This document shows, piece by piece, positions 46,247-56,143 of a stretch of DNA of 64,000 nucleotides. A model generated the notes under the pieces. It had not been told where the DNA came from. It saw only the letters and a list, made by a program, of their open reading frames with translations, and did not search any database. Made by a program: the position numbers and the translations under genes. Each line of letters starts with the position of its first letter. The first letter of the stretch is position 1. Source of the DNA: an uncultured virus (IMG/VR IMGVR_UViG_2061766007_000627) (taxonomy: Duplodnaviria > Heunggongvirae > Uroviricota > Caudoviricetes); IMG/VR virus record IMGVR_UViG_2061766007_000627; one strand, 5' to 3'.

Positions 46247-48126
46247 ATGAGTGATATTATTTGGGGTATCGACTTAGGAACTTCAACAACGAATTACACT
46301 CCTGTAAAGAGATATTGTAGAAGCCTTAATGGTATGTGCGAATTAGCTACAGACTTTGGTTATTGTAAGTTGACGGCTTGTTTTAAGAAAAGTTATAGTT
46401 CCCAATGTGTTCAAAACGAATATCGGTATGTAATGTGTATTAAAACAAATTTCAAAATAGAAAAGGAAGAACAATGAGGGATATAAATAGAATAGATGAG
46501 ATACTCGCTGATTTAGGTGAGCAGTGGAAAAGAGTTCCTGATTGGAGATTAGGACAATTGTTTAATAATCTACAGAGATATGCAGGTAATGATTTATTTT
46601 ACTTTGAAGATGACAAACTTATATCGAAAATAAGAGAATTTTTAGATAGTGCTGTTGGGGGTGAAGAAGAGATTGATGGAATAGACTTGTTGATAAAAGT
46701 GCTTGACACTATTCCAGATAAGAATGGAAAAGCATTGTTGCTTCAGCAGTATATTTCTATTTATGGACCAATTCCAGATGAGCGTGGAGATGAAGTAAAA
46801 AGTGCATTGAGTAGGGGTGAGTAGCGTGTGGAATAACTGGCATTTTGATTCTGATGATTTTAACGATTCTCTTGGGCAGGAAATTGCCAGAGAATATGAA
46901 GTTCAGGAAGCTGTAGAAGAGAGTAATGCAATAAACGGTATCTGGACAAAAAAAGATGGCACCACTATTAAAGTTGAAGATATGACAACTGAACATATTT
47001 GCAACGCACGGAATATGCTCAAAAAAAGTAATAGCCCGATTGCAGATACGTGGATAGAAGTGTTTAATAAAGAACNNNNNNNNNNNNNNNNNNNNNNGGA
47101 TACTAGGGTAAAATTTGATAATACAATAGTTGCCTGTTCATGTGAAATATGCGGAAAAGGCACAGAGAGTGTCCATCATCATATCTGCAAAGAGTGCCGA
47201 AAACGACTATATAATGCTCTGTATTATAATGACGATGCTAATTTGATTAAAAATAGAGTATACGGAGGTTTTTAGATGAATATTTCAGAAGTAATCTCGG
47301 CAATGGTAAACTATGTTCGTAACGTAGAGCCAGATTGTAAGTATAGCGGCGTAGAAGCCATTGAGGTTTTTAAAGACCACATGGATTTGTATTTTGAGGA
47401 CTATGATACAAGAGATGTGCGTATTCATAGAAATGGAAAGATTGAATATATTGACCAGGGGTACATTGACCCAGAAAGAGAATTCTAGTTTATAACAGAT
47501 AGGAAAGGAAATCTGTATGGGACTGCAAACTATAGTAGATGGGAATATCCGCTCGCTCAAATGTACGCATGAAGATAAGATTGTGGAGCGTGAATTTCAT
47601 TTATCTGGAGATGAACTCGTTATACCAAACATTATTGACTGGAATGGAGAAGCATTTTTTATAAACCAGGTTATTCTAAATAAAGAATTATTTAGACAGA
47701 TGTATAAACAGTGGATATTGGAAGATACTAGTTCTGATAGTTTAGAAGTAAGGAGGGATTCAAATGAGTTATTATAATCCTGATTACAACGGGATAATGA
47801 GAGAGGGTTGGATTTGCCCGAGATGTGGCAGAGTAAATGCACCTTGGGTGCCTAACTGTACTTGTAGCGGGGTGACAGTCACTTATACAAAAGATACTTC
47901 TACAACGGCGCCCACAGGAAAAAGTTACACTATAAATCCGAGTTCTTATATTACCAATGCCAGTATACCAGACAATGAAAGAAATAAATCTACTGCTACT
48001 ACGCATAAAGGAAGTTCGGAATATGATAATTTTCTTTGCGACGTAGTTGACAGAGATGTTGAGATGCTTGATAACTGGCTCGAAAGTTTAAAAAGATATG
48101 AACAGTATTTAGAGGACGATAAATGA
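46247..48126 (+). other. Run of small hypothetical ORFs (46247-46477, 46474-46824, 46817-47275, 47276-47488, 47517-47777, 47764-48126)
   Basis: Tightly coupled ORFs, including MRD.NRI...W...PDWR.GQL and GW.CPRCGR.NAPW families. Confidence 0.65.
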
Positions 48127-48704
48127 AGCAGATGTCAAGTTGGCTTGCTACAAACAAGTTCAATGTTAAAGACGAATACTACACACCGAAGATTTTAGTA
48201 GATGCAATTCTGCCGTTTGTTCCTATTGAATATACAGTTTGGTGTCCGTTTGATACAAAAGATAGTGAGTTTGTTATAGCATTTCAAGAGCGGGGCAATA
48301 AAGTGGTGTATTCTCATATCTGGTTAGGGCAAGATTTTTTCACATACGAGCCTGACGAGTATGATTGCATTATTAGCAATCCACCCTTTACTCGCAAGTT
48401 AGAGGTATTAGATAGATTGTATAAGTTGAACAAACCATTTGCTGTGGTGCTTGGTCTTCCGATTTTGAATTATCAAGAGGTTGGGGAGTTCTTTGTCGGA
48501 AAAGATTTGCAACTGCTCATAGTGGATAAAAAAGTCAGCTTTGATGGGAATACGGCAAGTTTTAATAATAGTTATTTCTGCCATGGGTTATTGCCTAAAG
48601 ATATTATGTTTGTCCATTTAGAGCATAATAACTCTGGAAAGAATTATACAGCAAGCCGTATGTGTGAAGATATAGAAGATGTAAAACGAAAAGGTTTATG
48701 GTAA
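48123..48704 (+). CDS. N6-adenine methyltransferase-like protein
   Basis: DEYYTP, WCPFD, DFF and ISNPPF motifs. Confidence 0.75.
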   Translation: MKQMSSWLATNKFNVKDEYYTPKILVDAILPFVPIEYTVWCPFDTKDSEFVIAFQERGNKVVYSHIWLGQDFFTYEPDEYDCIISNPPFTRKLEVLDRLYKLNKPFAVVLGLPILNYQEVGEFFVGKDLQLLIVDKKVSFDGNTASFNNSYFCHGLLPKDIMFVHLEHNNSGKNYTASRMCEDIEDVKRKGLW

Positions 48705-48705
48705 A

Positions 48706-49188
48706 ATGAGTAATAGTATTTTAGATTCAGGTAATAGGACAGAGTTTGATACAGGTGCCGTAAGAGATATACAAGAGGGTAAGGGTAGATGTGACTTGCT
48801 TCCGTTAGATATAGTGCGACTGCTGATACCTATGGAAAAAGATGACCATGATATTCTTGATTATATTTATGTTTTTACACGAAGCGGTGATGAGTGGTAT
48901 TTGATAGAAGCCGCTAATGCGTTTATTTCTCAATTTTATCCTGATGCCTCTACTGCTATAATTGAACTTTCAAAGCATTTTGAGGACGGTGCTAAAAAAT
49001 ATGGCGACTATAACTGGCAGAAGGGCATACCTCTTGCAAGATATGTTGATTCAGCGGTTCGGCATTTTCTTAAACATCTTCGTGGCGATAAAGATGAGCC
49101 ACATGACAGAGCCTTTCTTTGGAATTTAGTTTGTGGCGCATGGACGTGCAGACATAAAGAAGAGATGAATGATTACCTTGTTAAGTAG
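48706..49188 (+). CDS. dATP/dGTP diphosphohydrolase (DUF5664-like)
   Basis: F.TGAVRD...GKGR.DLLP...GA.KYG..NWQKG......DSA.RH......DE.H. Confidence 0.8.
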   Translation: MSNSILDSGNRTEFDTGAVRDIQEGKGRCDLLPLDIVRLLIPMEKDDHDILDYIYVFTRSGDEWYLIEAANAFISQFYPDASTAIIELSKHFEDGAKKYGDYNWQKGIPLARYVDSAVRHFLKHLRGDKDEPHDRAFLWNLVCGAWTCRHKEEMNDYLVK

Positions 49189-49196
49189 GAGTTAAT

Positions 49197-50736
49197 ATGA
49201 AATTATACTATGAAAATAGTAATGTATCTTTGTATCAAGGAGATATGTTAGAGGTGCTAGATACTTTTGAAGAAAATTCAATAGATTGTATTGTGACCGA
49301 CCCACCATATGAATTGAACTTTATGAATAAAGACTGGGACAATACAGGTATTGTGTTTAATGTAGAAGCCTGGAAGAAGTGCTTACGGGTGTTAAAACCT
49401 GGTGGGTATCTTCTTTGTTTTGGTGCATCAAGAATATTCCATAGGGTTTTTTGTGCTATTGAAGACGCTGGGTTTGAAATAAGAGATACTATTATGTGGC
49501 TGTACGGCAGTGGCTTTCCTAAAGGTATTAATATTGCAAATGCTATTGAGGGAAAACTTACCGTTGGTAGTGCAAATAAAAAAGACCAAAAATTGCTTGC
49601 TGGTGAAAAAGGTATAACTTCAATCGGGTACAATAAAGAGAACGAGTTTCAGGGAAATCGTCCCTCAAACTATAATGGTCAGGAAACCACTATAAAGCCA
49701 GACATAACAACAGAAGAAGCAAAGAAATGGATAGGCTGGAATGTCGCTTTAAAGCCCGCTTATGAGCCTATAATGGTAGCAAGAAAACCATTTGAAGGAA
49801 GTCTTATTGACAATGTTTTGAAAAATGGTGTCGGTGGTTTTAACANNNNNNNNNNNNNNNNCGGATTATATTGAGGGTGGAACTGCCCCAGATTTAAGAG
49901 ATGTAGGTAGAATATCTAAAGAAGTTTGCGGTCAGGATAAACTTTCATTTGGTCAGGTAGAAAACGCAAAAAGAATACCTTATGAAGGACATACTGGCAG
50001 ATACCCTGCTAATGTAATTCTTACTTATGATAAAACTGATAAGGAAGAGGTTTGTGGTGGATTTCCTTATACTAAATCTACTGGCGGTAGCGGTGAGGCA
50101 AGTAAGAAAAATACTTTTGCAAGCTATGCTGGTGGCTGGGGAAAAGAAAAAGACTGCACTCATTTAGGTGGTTTAGGTGACGAGGGTTCTGCATCACGTT
50201 ATTTTAAGAACTGTGAATATACTGATGATGATTTAGAAGATGCAAGAAGATATTACTATTGTCCTAAAGCAAGCAAGAAAGATAGAAATGAGGGGTGTCA
50301 AGATTTAGAAGATACTGTAAATGCTTGTAGTAATCAAGCGATAGCAGAATTAAAAAGAGGTAATGATACTTTTAGTAATGAAACAAACAGCACATTTAAT
50401 AAAGTTTACAAAGGCAAAAATACACATCCAACTGTAAAGCCATCTACGTTATTACGGTATCTTATAAGGTTAGTTGCACCAAAGAATGCTATTATTCTTG
50501 ACCCATTTAACGGAAGTGGTTCAACTGGCAAGGCTTGTATGCTAGAGAATAGAGAAAGAGATGTCAATTATAAGTATATCGGCATTGACCTTTCAGAAGA
50601 ATATTTGAATATCAGCAGGGCAAGAATCGAGTGGGCTATCGGAACGGATATTGCTAATACTTTTAATAACATCCCGGATTCATCCAGCAGCATCCAGGAC
50701 CGTCCTCCTGTTATTAAGAAAACTAATTTGTGGTGA
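49197..50736 (+). CDS. DNA methyltransferase, N4C/N6A beta class (one gene split by N gap)
   Basis: TDPPY and YGSGFPK before the gap, HPTVKP and LDPFNGSGSTG after it. Confidence 0.9.
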
Positions 50737-50740
50737 TGTA

Positions 50741-50769
50741 TTTACAAGTCAAATGATTTCTGCTATACT
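50741..50769 (+). promoter_or_regulatory. SigmaA-type promoter
   Basis: TTTACA-17-TATACT with extended TG. Confidence 0.8.
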
Positions 50770-50809
50770 ATGGTTATACATATAGCTTGTAAATAGTTTG
50801 AGGTATTTT

Positions 50810-53496
50810 ATGAAACATTATGGTGACATAACTAAACTTAACGGAGCAGAACTTCCTGTGGTAGATTGTATTACTGGTGGTTCACCTTGTCAGGATTTGT
50901 CTGTAGCGGGGCGAAGGGCAGGACTTGATGGAGAACGAAGCGGACTTTTTATGGAGCAACTTCGTATTATAAAGGAGATGAGAGAAAATGAGCAAAAAAA
51001 CGGCAGAACCCCACGCCCACGATTTATGGTCTGGGAAAATGTTCCCGGAGCCTTCAGTTCCAACGATGGCGATGACTTCCGAGTTGTCCTTGAAGAAACG
51101 GCAAGGGTCGTCGACCCAACTGCCACTATTCCTCGACCTGCGGAAAGTTGGTCCCCATCAGGATGTATCTTGGGTAGTGGGTGGAGTATTAGTTGGAGAG
51201 TACACGACGCGCAGTTTTGGGGAGTTGCCCAGCGTCGTAAAAGAATCTCGCTTGTCGCAGATTTTGGAGGAGAATCCGCTTCCGAAATACTCTTTGAGCG
51301 AGAAAGCGTGTCAGGGAATTCTGAATCGAGCGGAGAGACGGGGGAAGGAACTTCCACCTGCACTTCGGAATGCGTTGATGGCACAAGCAGTGTTGAAATA
51401 GAAGATTTTATTGATGCTGTAAATGCAGAAGCAACTCATCAGCAAGATTTAATACAAAGTGATTTAGGGGTTTCTCGTACTCTTGCACCAGGTACTCATG
51501 CAAGTGGCTCACATTTAACTAAAACTTTGATTACTTCTAATACAGATAATGATTTTGTTTTTCAGCAAAATCAGCGTGAAGAGTGTCGAGTTATGGAGTC
51601 TGCGGGGTCGATTACTTCTGAATCAGGAATGCACAATCAGAATTTTGTTGTATCTTATGGTGTTGATGGATATAACGGAGCGATTGATGAAGAAAGCACT
51701 TCAACTCTTGGTGTAAACTGCGGTATGTCTACTGGTAGAAATGGGGTTATGACCTATTCTAAATCTCGTAGAGCAAAAGACCCTGAAGATTATACTACTT
51801 GGGTAGAATCTGAAACTGCTAATACTTTGAATACTTTTGACCTTGGTGAAACTCGTACTAACGAACTTGTATATTGTTTACAGGGTAACGGAATAGACCG
51901 AGCTGATACGGCAGGGTGCAACGGCAGNNNNNNNNNNNNNNNNNNNNNNNNNNNNNNNNNNNNNNNNNNNNNNNCTGTTGCTTATGAGCCACATAGAAAA
52001 GCATATTTGGCTAATGGGGAAGAAGTTACTGGCTGTCTTACTGCAAGCGGATATGATAAATTAGGTGCGCAAGAAATGATGTCTGGTGCTTATACAGTAA
52101 TTGAAGAGCGTCCGATACAATCATTTAGTCAGGATTCTTTTTATGAGTTTTCAGAAAGTCCTGTTTCTTCTGCATTAAGACATAGCGGTGGTCCAGCGGG
52201 TTATGGTGGTAATGCTATAATTGTAGAATCGTATGGTGTAACCTCTAAAGGAAATGGAGATGCTTTTCTTAATCCTGAAACTGCTACGAGTATTACTACT
52301 GGCGGTGGACAGGCAGGGCAGGGTTATCCTTGTGTATTGCAGGCAGTCGGAGTTGATAGATATAATCAAACCACAACAGGTGAAGTTTCAAGTACAATAA
52401 AAACACCTGTTGGCGGTGGCAATATTCCGTGTGTTATGTCATTTGAAACACATCGTTGTTCAGTAGTAGAAGAAACATCACAAACTTTAAGGGCTCGTGA
52501 TTATAAAGACCCCCTTTGTGTAGTTCAATCTATGGGGGTAGATGTTTATAATCAGAGCGTAACGGGAGAAGTTTCTAAATGTCTTACTAATGTCAGTTCT
52601 GATTCTGACCACATTCCTTGTGTAATGCAGGCAGTTGAAAATAAAGATGTGCTTGCCTTTGAACCAGGAATAGCATCACGGAAGGGTGGACATGTCTATC
52701 CTAATGTCAGCGGTACTTTAAGAGCAGAACCTGGTGATAACAGAATGGCGGTTGTTTATGGTATCGACCAGCAGGGNNNNNNNNNNNNNNNNNNNNNNNN
52801 NNNNNNNNNNNNNNNNNNNNNNNNNNNNNNNNNNNNNNNNNNNNNCTTACTAGTAGAATGGGTACTGGTGGTGGAAATGTTCCTCTCGTTGTTGAACCTA
52901 CAACTATTGAGGGGTCTTCTATTTCTCCTACACTCATTCGTGGTCAGGCAAAACAGAATGAAAATACGCAAGACGGATTAACCGTAGTTACTTATTCTGA
53001 AGAAAAGGAACAGGATAAGGCGCTATATGCCCCCATTGTGCGCCGTTTGACCCCAACGGAATGTGAAAGATTGCAAGGTTATCCTGACGGATGGACTAAA
53101 CTTGAATCTTGGGTAGACACTAAGGGAAAAGTGCATAAGGATTCCGATAGTGCAAGATATAAAGCATTAGGAAATAGTATTGCACTACCTTTCTGGGACT
53201 GGCTTCTCGGTAGGATAGTTAATCAATATAGTAGGACAGCAACATTAGGAAGTTTGTTTGATGGAATAGGCGGATTTCCTTATTGCTGGGAAAAACACGC
53301 AGGAAAAGGCACGGCATTGTGGGCAAGCGAGATTGAGGAATTTCCTATTGCAGTTACAAAGGTACATTTTCCAGAAGTTGATTTTGAAACATTTGATTGG
53401 TGGACAGAATATACAGATGCCATAAGTAATGAAACAGAAGAACCTAAAGTAGAATCTGTACTTCCGAGTTCACCCACTAAACATAAGTTATTTTAG
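50810..53496 (+). CDS. C5-cytosine DNA methyltransferase, circularly permuted, with many TRD-like repeats (N gaps inside)
   Basis: N-terminal GSPCQD, ENV and QRRKR. C-terminal RRLTP.ECERLQG and GNS, then SLFDGIGG...SEI (motifs I-II). Confidence 0.9.
50988..51401 (+). CDS. Overlapping alternative-frame ORF, probable beta subunit of the C5 MTase
   Basis: AAAGGAG upstream and an ESRLSQILE...KY.LS.KAC.GIL.RA.RRGK.LP..L..AL pattern. Confidence 0.7.
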   Translation: MSKKTAEPHAHDLWSGKMFPEPSVPTMAMTSELSLKKRQGSSTQLPLFLDLRKVGPHQDVSWVVGGVLVGEYTTRSFGELPSVVKESRLSQILEENPLPKYSLSEKACQGILNRAERRGKELPPALRNALMAQAVLK

Positions 53497-53512
53497 AAAG
53501 GAGTATTTTTGC

Positions 53513-53683
53513 ATGGATAAACCAATATCGCCAGCAAAGAGTAATGTAACAATGACAATTAGAGTTAATGAAGCACAGCATAAGGCTGTAAAGGAGCAAT
53601 CAGAAAAAAAGAATATGTCACAGTCGTGGTACTTAATGTCATTGGTAGAGGATGATATTAAGAGAGAAGCATTAAATGAATAA
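53513..53683 (+). CDS. Ribbon-helix-helix protein (56 aa, not in track)
   Basis: MTIRVNEAQHKAVKEQSEKKNMSQSWYLMSLVEDD, with an AAAGGAG RBS. Confidence 0.65.
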   Translation: MDKPISPAKSNVTMTIRVNEAQHKAVKEQSEKKNMSQSWYLMSLVEDDIKREALNE

Positions 53684-53689
53684 GGAAGT

Positions 53690-53947
53690 GTGATGCGACA
53701 AATATACGTTGATACTTTATTAGATGAGTTAACACTTTGGAAAGCACAATCTGTTGGTTATGAGAATTGGGTACTTGGCAGGGTTATTACACTTGTTAAG
53801 AAACAACCTATTGTCGATGCTATACCTGTGGTATATTGTCAAGAGTGTGATTATTTCTTAGGTGAGCAGAGATGGTGCGTCAATGACCAGATTGCTAATG
53901 TAGGTAAGACTTGCATGTTTGCTAAAAAGTCAGAAAAGGAAGAGTAG
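53690..53947 (+). CDS. Zinc-binding protein related to the 42-46 kb array family
   Basis: RQI..D.L...P.VDA.PVV.C.EC.Y. Confidence 0.6.
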   Translation: MMRQIYVDTLLDELTLWKAQSVGYENWVLGRVITLVKKQPIVDAIPVVYCQECDYFLGEQRWCVNDQIANVGKTCMFAKKSEKEE

Positions 53948-54147
53948 TGTACGAAGATGGTTGCGACAAAGAGGACTGTATTTATAGGTCTGTTAATCAC
54001 GGGTTCCTTATAACCTGTGACTATTTGTTGATAACTAATAATTGTAGGGGTTGTGGTATCGGAGATGATTGCGATAAATATACCCCAGGCGAAAAGTCAA
54101 AACATAGATGGATGGATTCGCTATTTAAAATCCATAGAATTTATTAA
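53947..54147 (+). CDS. Cys-rich small protein
   Basis: C...DC.YR.....CDY.L.T...RGC....C.KY. Confidence 0.6.
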   Translation: MYEDGCDKEDCIYRSVNHGFLITCDYLLITNNCRGCGIGDDCDKYTPGEKSKHRWMDSLFKIHRIY

Positions 54148-54161
54148 TAGGGAGAAAATGT

Positions 54162-54422
54162 ATGGAAGATTATAAAGTAAGAATGATAGAAGAATACCAG
54201 TTTGTAAAAGATAAATCAATTAAACTTCATAACATACTCGTTAAACTTGAAGCAGGTACGCTTGATTTTGAAGTGACCAATGCTGATATATTACGTAAAC
54301 AACTCGAAGTTATGGGTCAGTATCTGTATATACTTGAAGTTCGTGCTGAATTAGAGGGTATTGGTGTAGAGCATCTGTCACATGATATTGCGATGAAGGA
54401 GTTGCCTGATGAACGCTGTTGA
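54162..54422 (+). CDS. Helical-hairpin protein, crAss001_48-like
   Basis: DYK.RM..EY.....KL......G.L.F......L..QL..M..YL.IL..RA..EGI. Confidence 0.65.
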   Translation: MEDYKVRMIEEYQFVKDKSIKLHNILVKLEAGTLDFEVTNADILRKQLEVMGQYLYILEVRAELEGIGVEHLSHDIAMKELPDERC

Positions 54423-55230
54423 TAGAATTGCTGTTATTGAAGCCTTACATATGGCTTCACACAATAATCAAGTGCATATTGAAGATGCACTTGATATTAT
54501 TAATGATTTGCATGATGTGTATGGCAGTTTACCATTACAGAAGTATGATGTTGTTTACGTACTTAAACAAGATGTAAATAGTGAAGAATTGAAGTACAGC
54601 ATCCGTTCTGTTGTGGAGAATATGCCCTTTAACAGAATAGTTTTCTATTGCGGTTGCCCTAATGACATCAAGCCCGATGTTTATGTTCAGTTTGAACAGG
54701 TCGGAAATGGTAAGATGGCAAAAGCAAAATCAACATTCAAGTCTATTATGAGCAATGATGATTTAACAGAAAACATTTGGCTGTTCAACGATGATTTTTT
54801 CATTATGCGTCCATTAAATTCTGAAAAACCTATTTGCAATGGCACGTTGTATTCTGTTATTCATACTATAGAGAAATCACGCAACAGAGCGAGCCGATAC
54901 ACAAGAAAATTGCGTGAAACAGCATTGTATCTGCAAGCACAGGAGTTAGATACGATTTCTTACGAGTCACATGCACCGATGCTTGTGAACAGAAAGAAAG
55001 CACAGTTTATTTTAGATGAATTTCCAGATACCATTGCATTTAGGTCTGCCTATGGTAACTATTATAAGATTGAAGGACAGTTAAGACCCGATGTGAAGAT
55101 ACCAAGAGATGAACAAGAGTTTGATGAAGAACTTGATTTGTTAAGTACTAATGACCATTCATTTAGTAAGGGCAAAGTAGGAACTTATATCAGAAGTTGT
55201 TTTCCGAACAAGAGTAAATATGAGGTATAG
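54409..55230 (+). CDS. Stealth-like sugar-phosphate transferase
   Basis: DVVY (CR1-like), EELKYSIRSV and LFNDDFF (CR2-like), H.P and LSTND motifs. Confidence 0.65.
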   Translation: MNAVDRIAVIEALHMASHNNQVHIEDALDIINDLHDVYGSLPLQKYDVVYVLKQDVNSEELKYSIRSVVENMPFNRIVFYCGCPNDIKPDVYVQFEQVGNGKMAKAKSTFKSIMSNDDLTENIWLFNDDFFIMRPLNSEKPICNGTLYSVIHTIEKSRNRASRYTRKLRETALYLQAQELDTISYESHAPMLVNRKKAQFILDEFPDTIAFRSAYGNYYKIEGQLRPDVKIPRDEQEFDEELDLLSTNDHSFSKGKVGTYIRSCFPNKSKYEV

Positions 55231-55232
55231 AA

Positions 55233-55388
55233 ATGGAAGTTGAAATCCCTGTCCAACAAGGGTGGTTATGTCCTCGCTGTGGTCGTATAAATGCACCGTG
55301 GTTACCTGCTTGTGACTGCACACCAATGGATAAAGAAGAAGATAAGGAAAGCACGCAGAAGAAAGAGATTCTGTATAAACTTCCGTAA
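55233..55388 (+). CDS. Small zinc finger protein, paralog of 47764-48126
   Basis: QGWLCPRCGRINAPWLPACDC. Confidence 0.65.
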   Translation: MEVEIPVQQGWLCPRCGRINAPWLPACDCTPMDKEEDKESTQKKEILYKLP

Positions 55389-55408
55389 ACAAGTATTTTT
55401 GAATAATA

Positions 55409-55445
55409 AGGGGCATCAGAAAGTATTTTCTGGTGCTTTTGTTGT
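55409..55445 (+). terminator. Rho-independent terminator ending the early region
   Basis: GGCATCAGAAA/TTTCTGGTGCT stem followed by a T-rich tail. Confidence 0.75.
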
Positions 55446-55476
55446 AATAAAAGCACAATAAAAATAAACAAACAAA

Positions 55477-55490
55477 TGCTAAATTATATA
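55477..55490 (+). promoter_or_regulatory. Putative late promoter motif TGCTAAATTATATA
   Basis: Recurrent motif after the terminator, upstream of the AAA/vWA/neck block. Confidence 0.65.
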
Positions 55491-55550
55491 TATGAGATTA
55501 GTATGTCTTGACTTTAGTTTTTTGCAAAGAATTAAGGAGATGAAATATTC

Positions 55551-56138
55551 ATGAGTTATTTAAGAGATGCCATTTTGGAGTCGAACCAGTTAGAAGATGA
55601 TGTTCGGTTTCAGAAAGCAAAGAATCCGCCTACATTAAAAGGTAGGAGAAAGCGTGAGATAAAAGAGTGCGGTGATGCTCCAGCAGTAGAAGTGACAGAG
55701 GGTGTTGTTAAAGATACTATCGGAGCAATCGGTGACACAGCAGAAAAGGTAAGTAAAGTATGCGATGTCATTACCGAAGAAACCGAACCCCTTACAGAAG
55801 AAGCGGGATATGTAAACATTGAGGATATTGTTCCTAAAGAAGCATATGTAGAATCTTTTGGCACAAAAAAGATTGTAGAAAGTATTGAACTTCCGAACAG
55901 ACCAAAGAAAGGTAAAAAGGGTTCTCCTGAATATGATGCTAATGAGGGGCGCAGAAAAAGGGTTGCTACTTATCGTAAGATAGCAAATCTTGAAGAGTCT
56001 GTAGATATTACAGAAGATAATATTATGGACTGGGCATTTAAGAGAGCTTGTATGTGGGAAGGTGTTTCTCCTGAAAGATTACGCGCCGAATTGTTAAGAC
56101 AGCCGTTTACTGGTTTAGAGAGATATGAAGAGGATTAG
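55551..56138 (+). CDS. Acidic L-x-E-rich protein, probable internal head protein
   Basis: ILES, LTEE, YVES, IVES and LEES motifs. Confidence 0.6.
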   Translation: MSYLRDAILESNQLEDDVRFQKAKNPPTLKGRRKREIKECGDAPAVEVTEGVVKDTIGAIGDTAEKVSKVCDVITEETEPLTEEAGYVNIEDIVPKEAYVESFGTKKIVESIELPNRPKKGKKGSPEYDANEGRRKRVATYRKIANLEESVDITEDNIMDWAFKRACMWEGVSPERLRAELLRQPFTGLERYEED

Positions 56139-56143
56139 TTTTT

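Larger units (their letters stand above)
42129..46247 (+). repeat. Array of paralogous small zinc-ribbon ORFs (42129-42377, 42374-42820, 43180-43425, 43566-43886, 44025-44301, 44304-44558, 45939-46247) interspersed with unrelated ORFs
   Basis: Shared [HR]G.W...CS.C....YCP.CGA.M C-terminus and RLIDAD/DLI.RQ.AI N-terminal modules. Confidence 0.85.

Noticed and set aside
48706..49188. 2-aminoadenine (Z) genome
   Set aside because: The diphosphohydrolase alone is insufficient, no purZ is visible, and adenine-type MTases are present.
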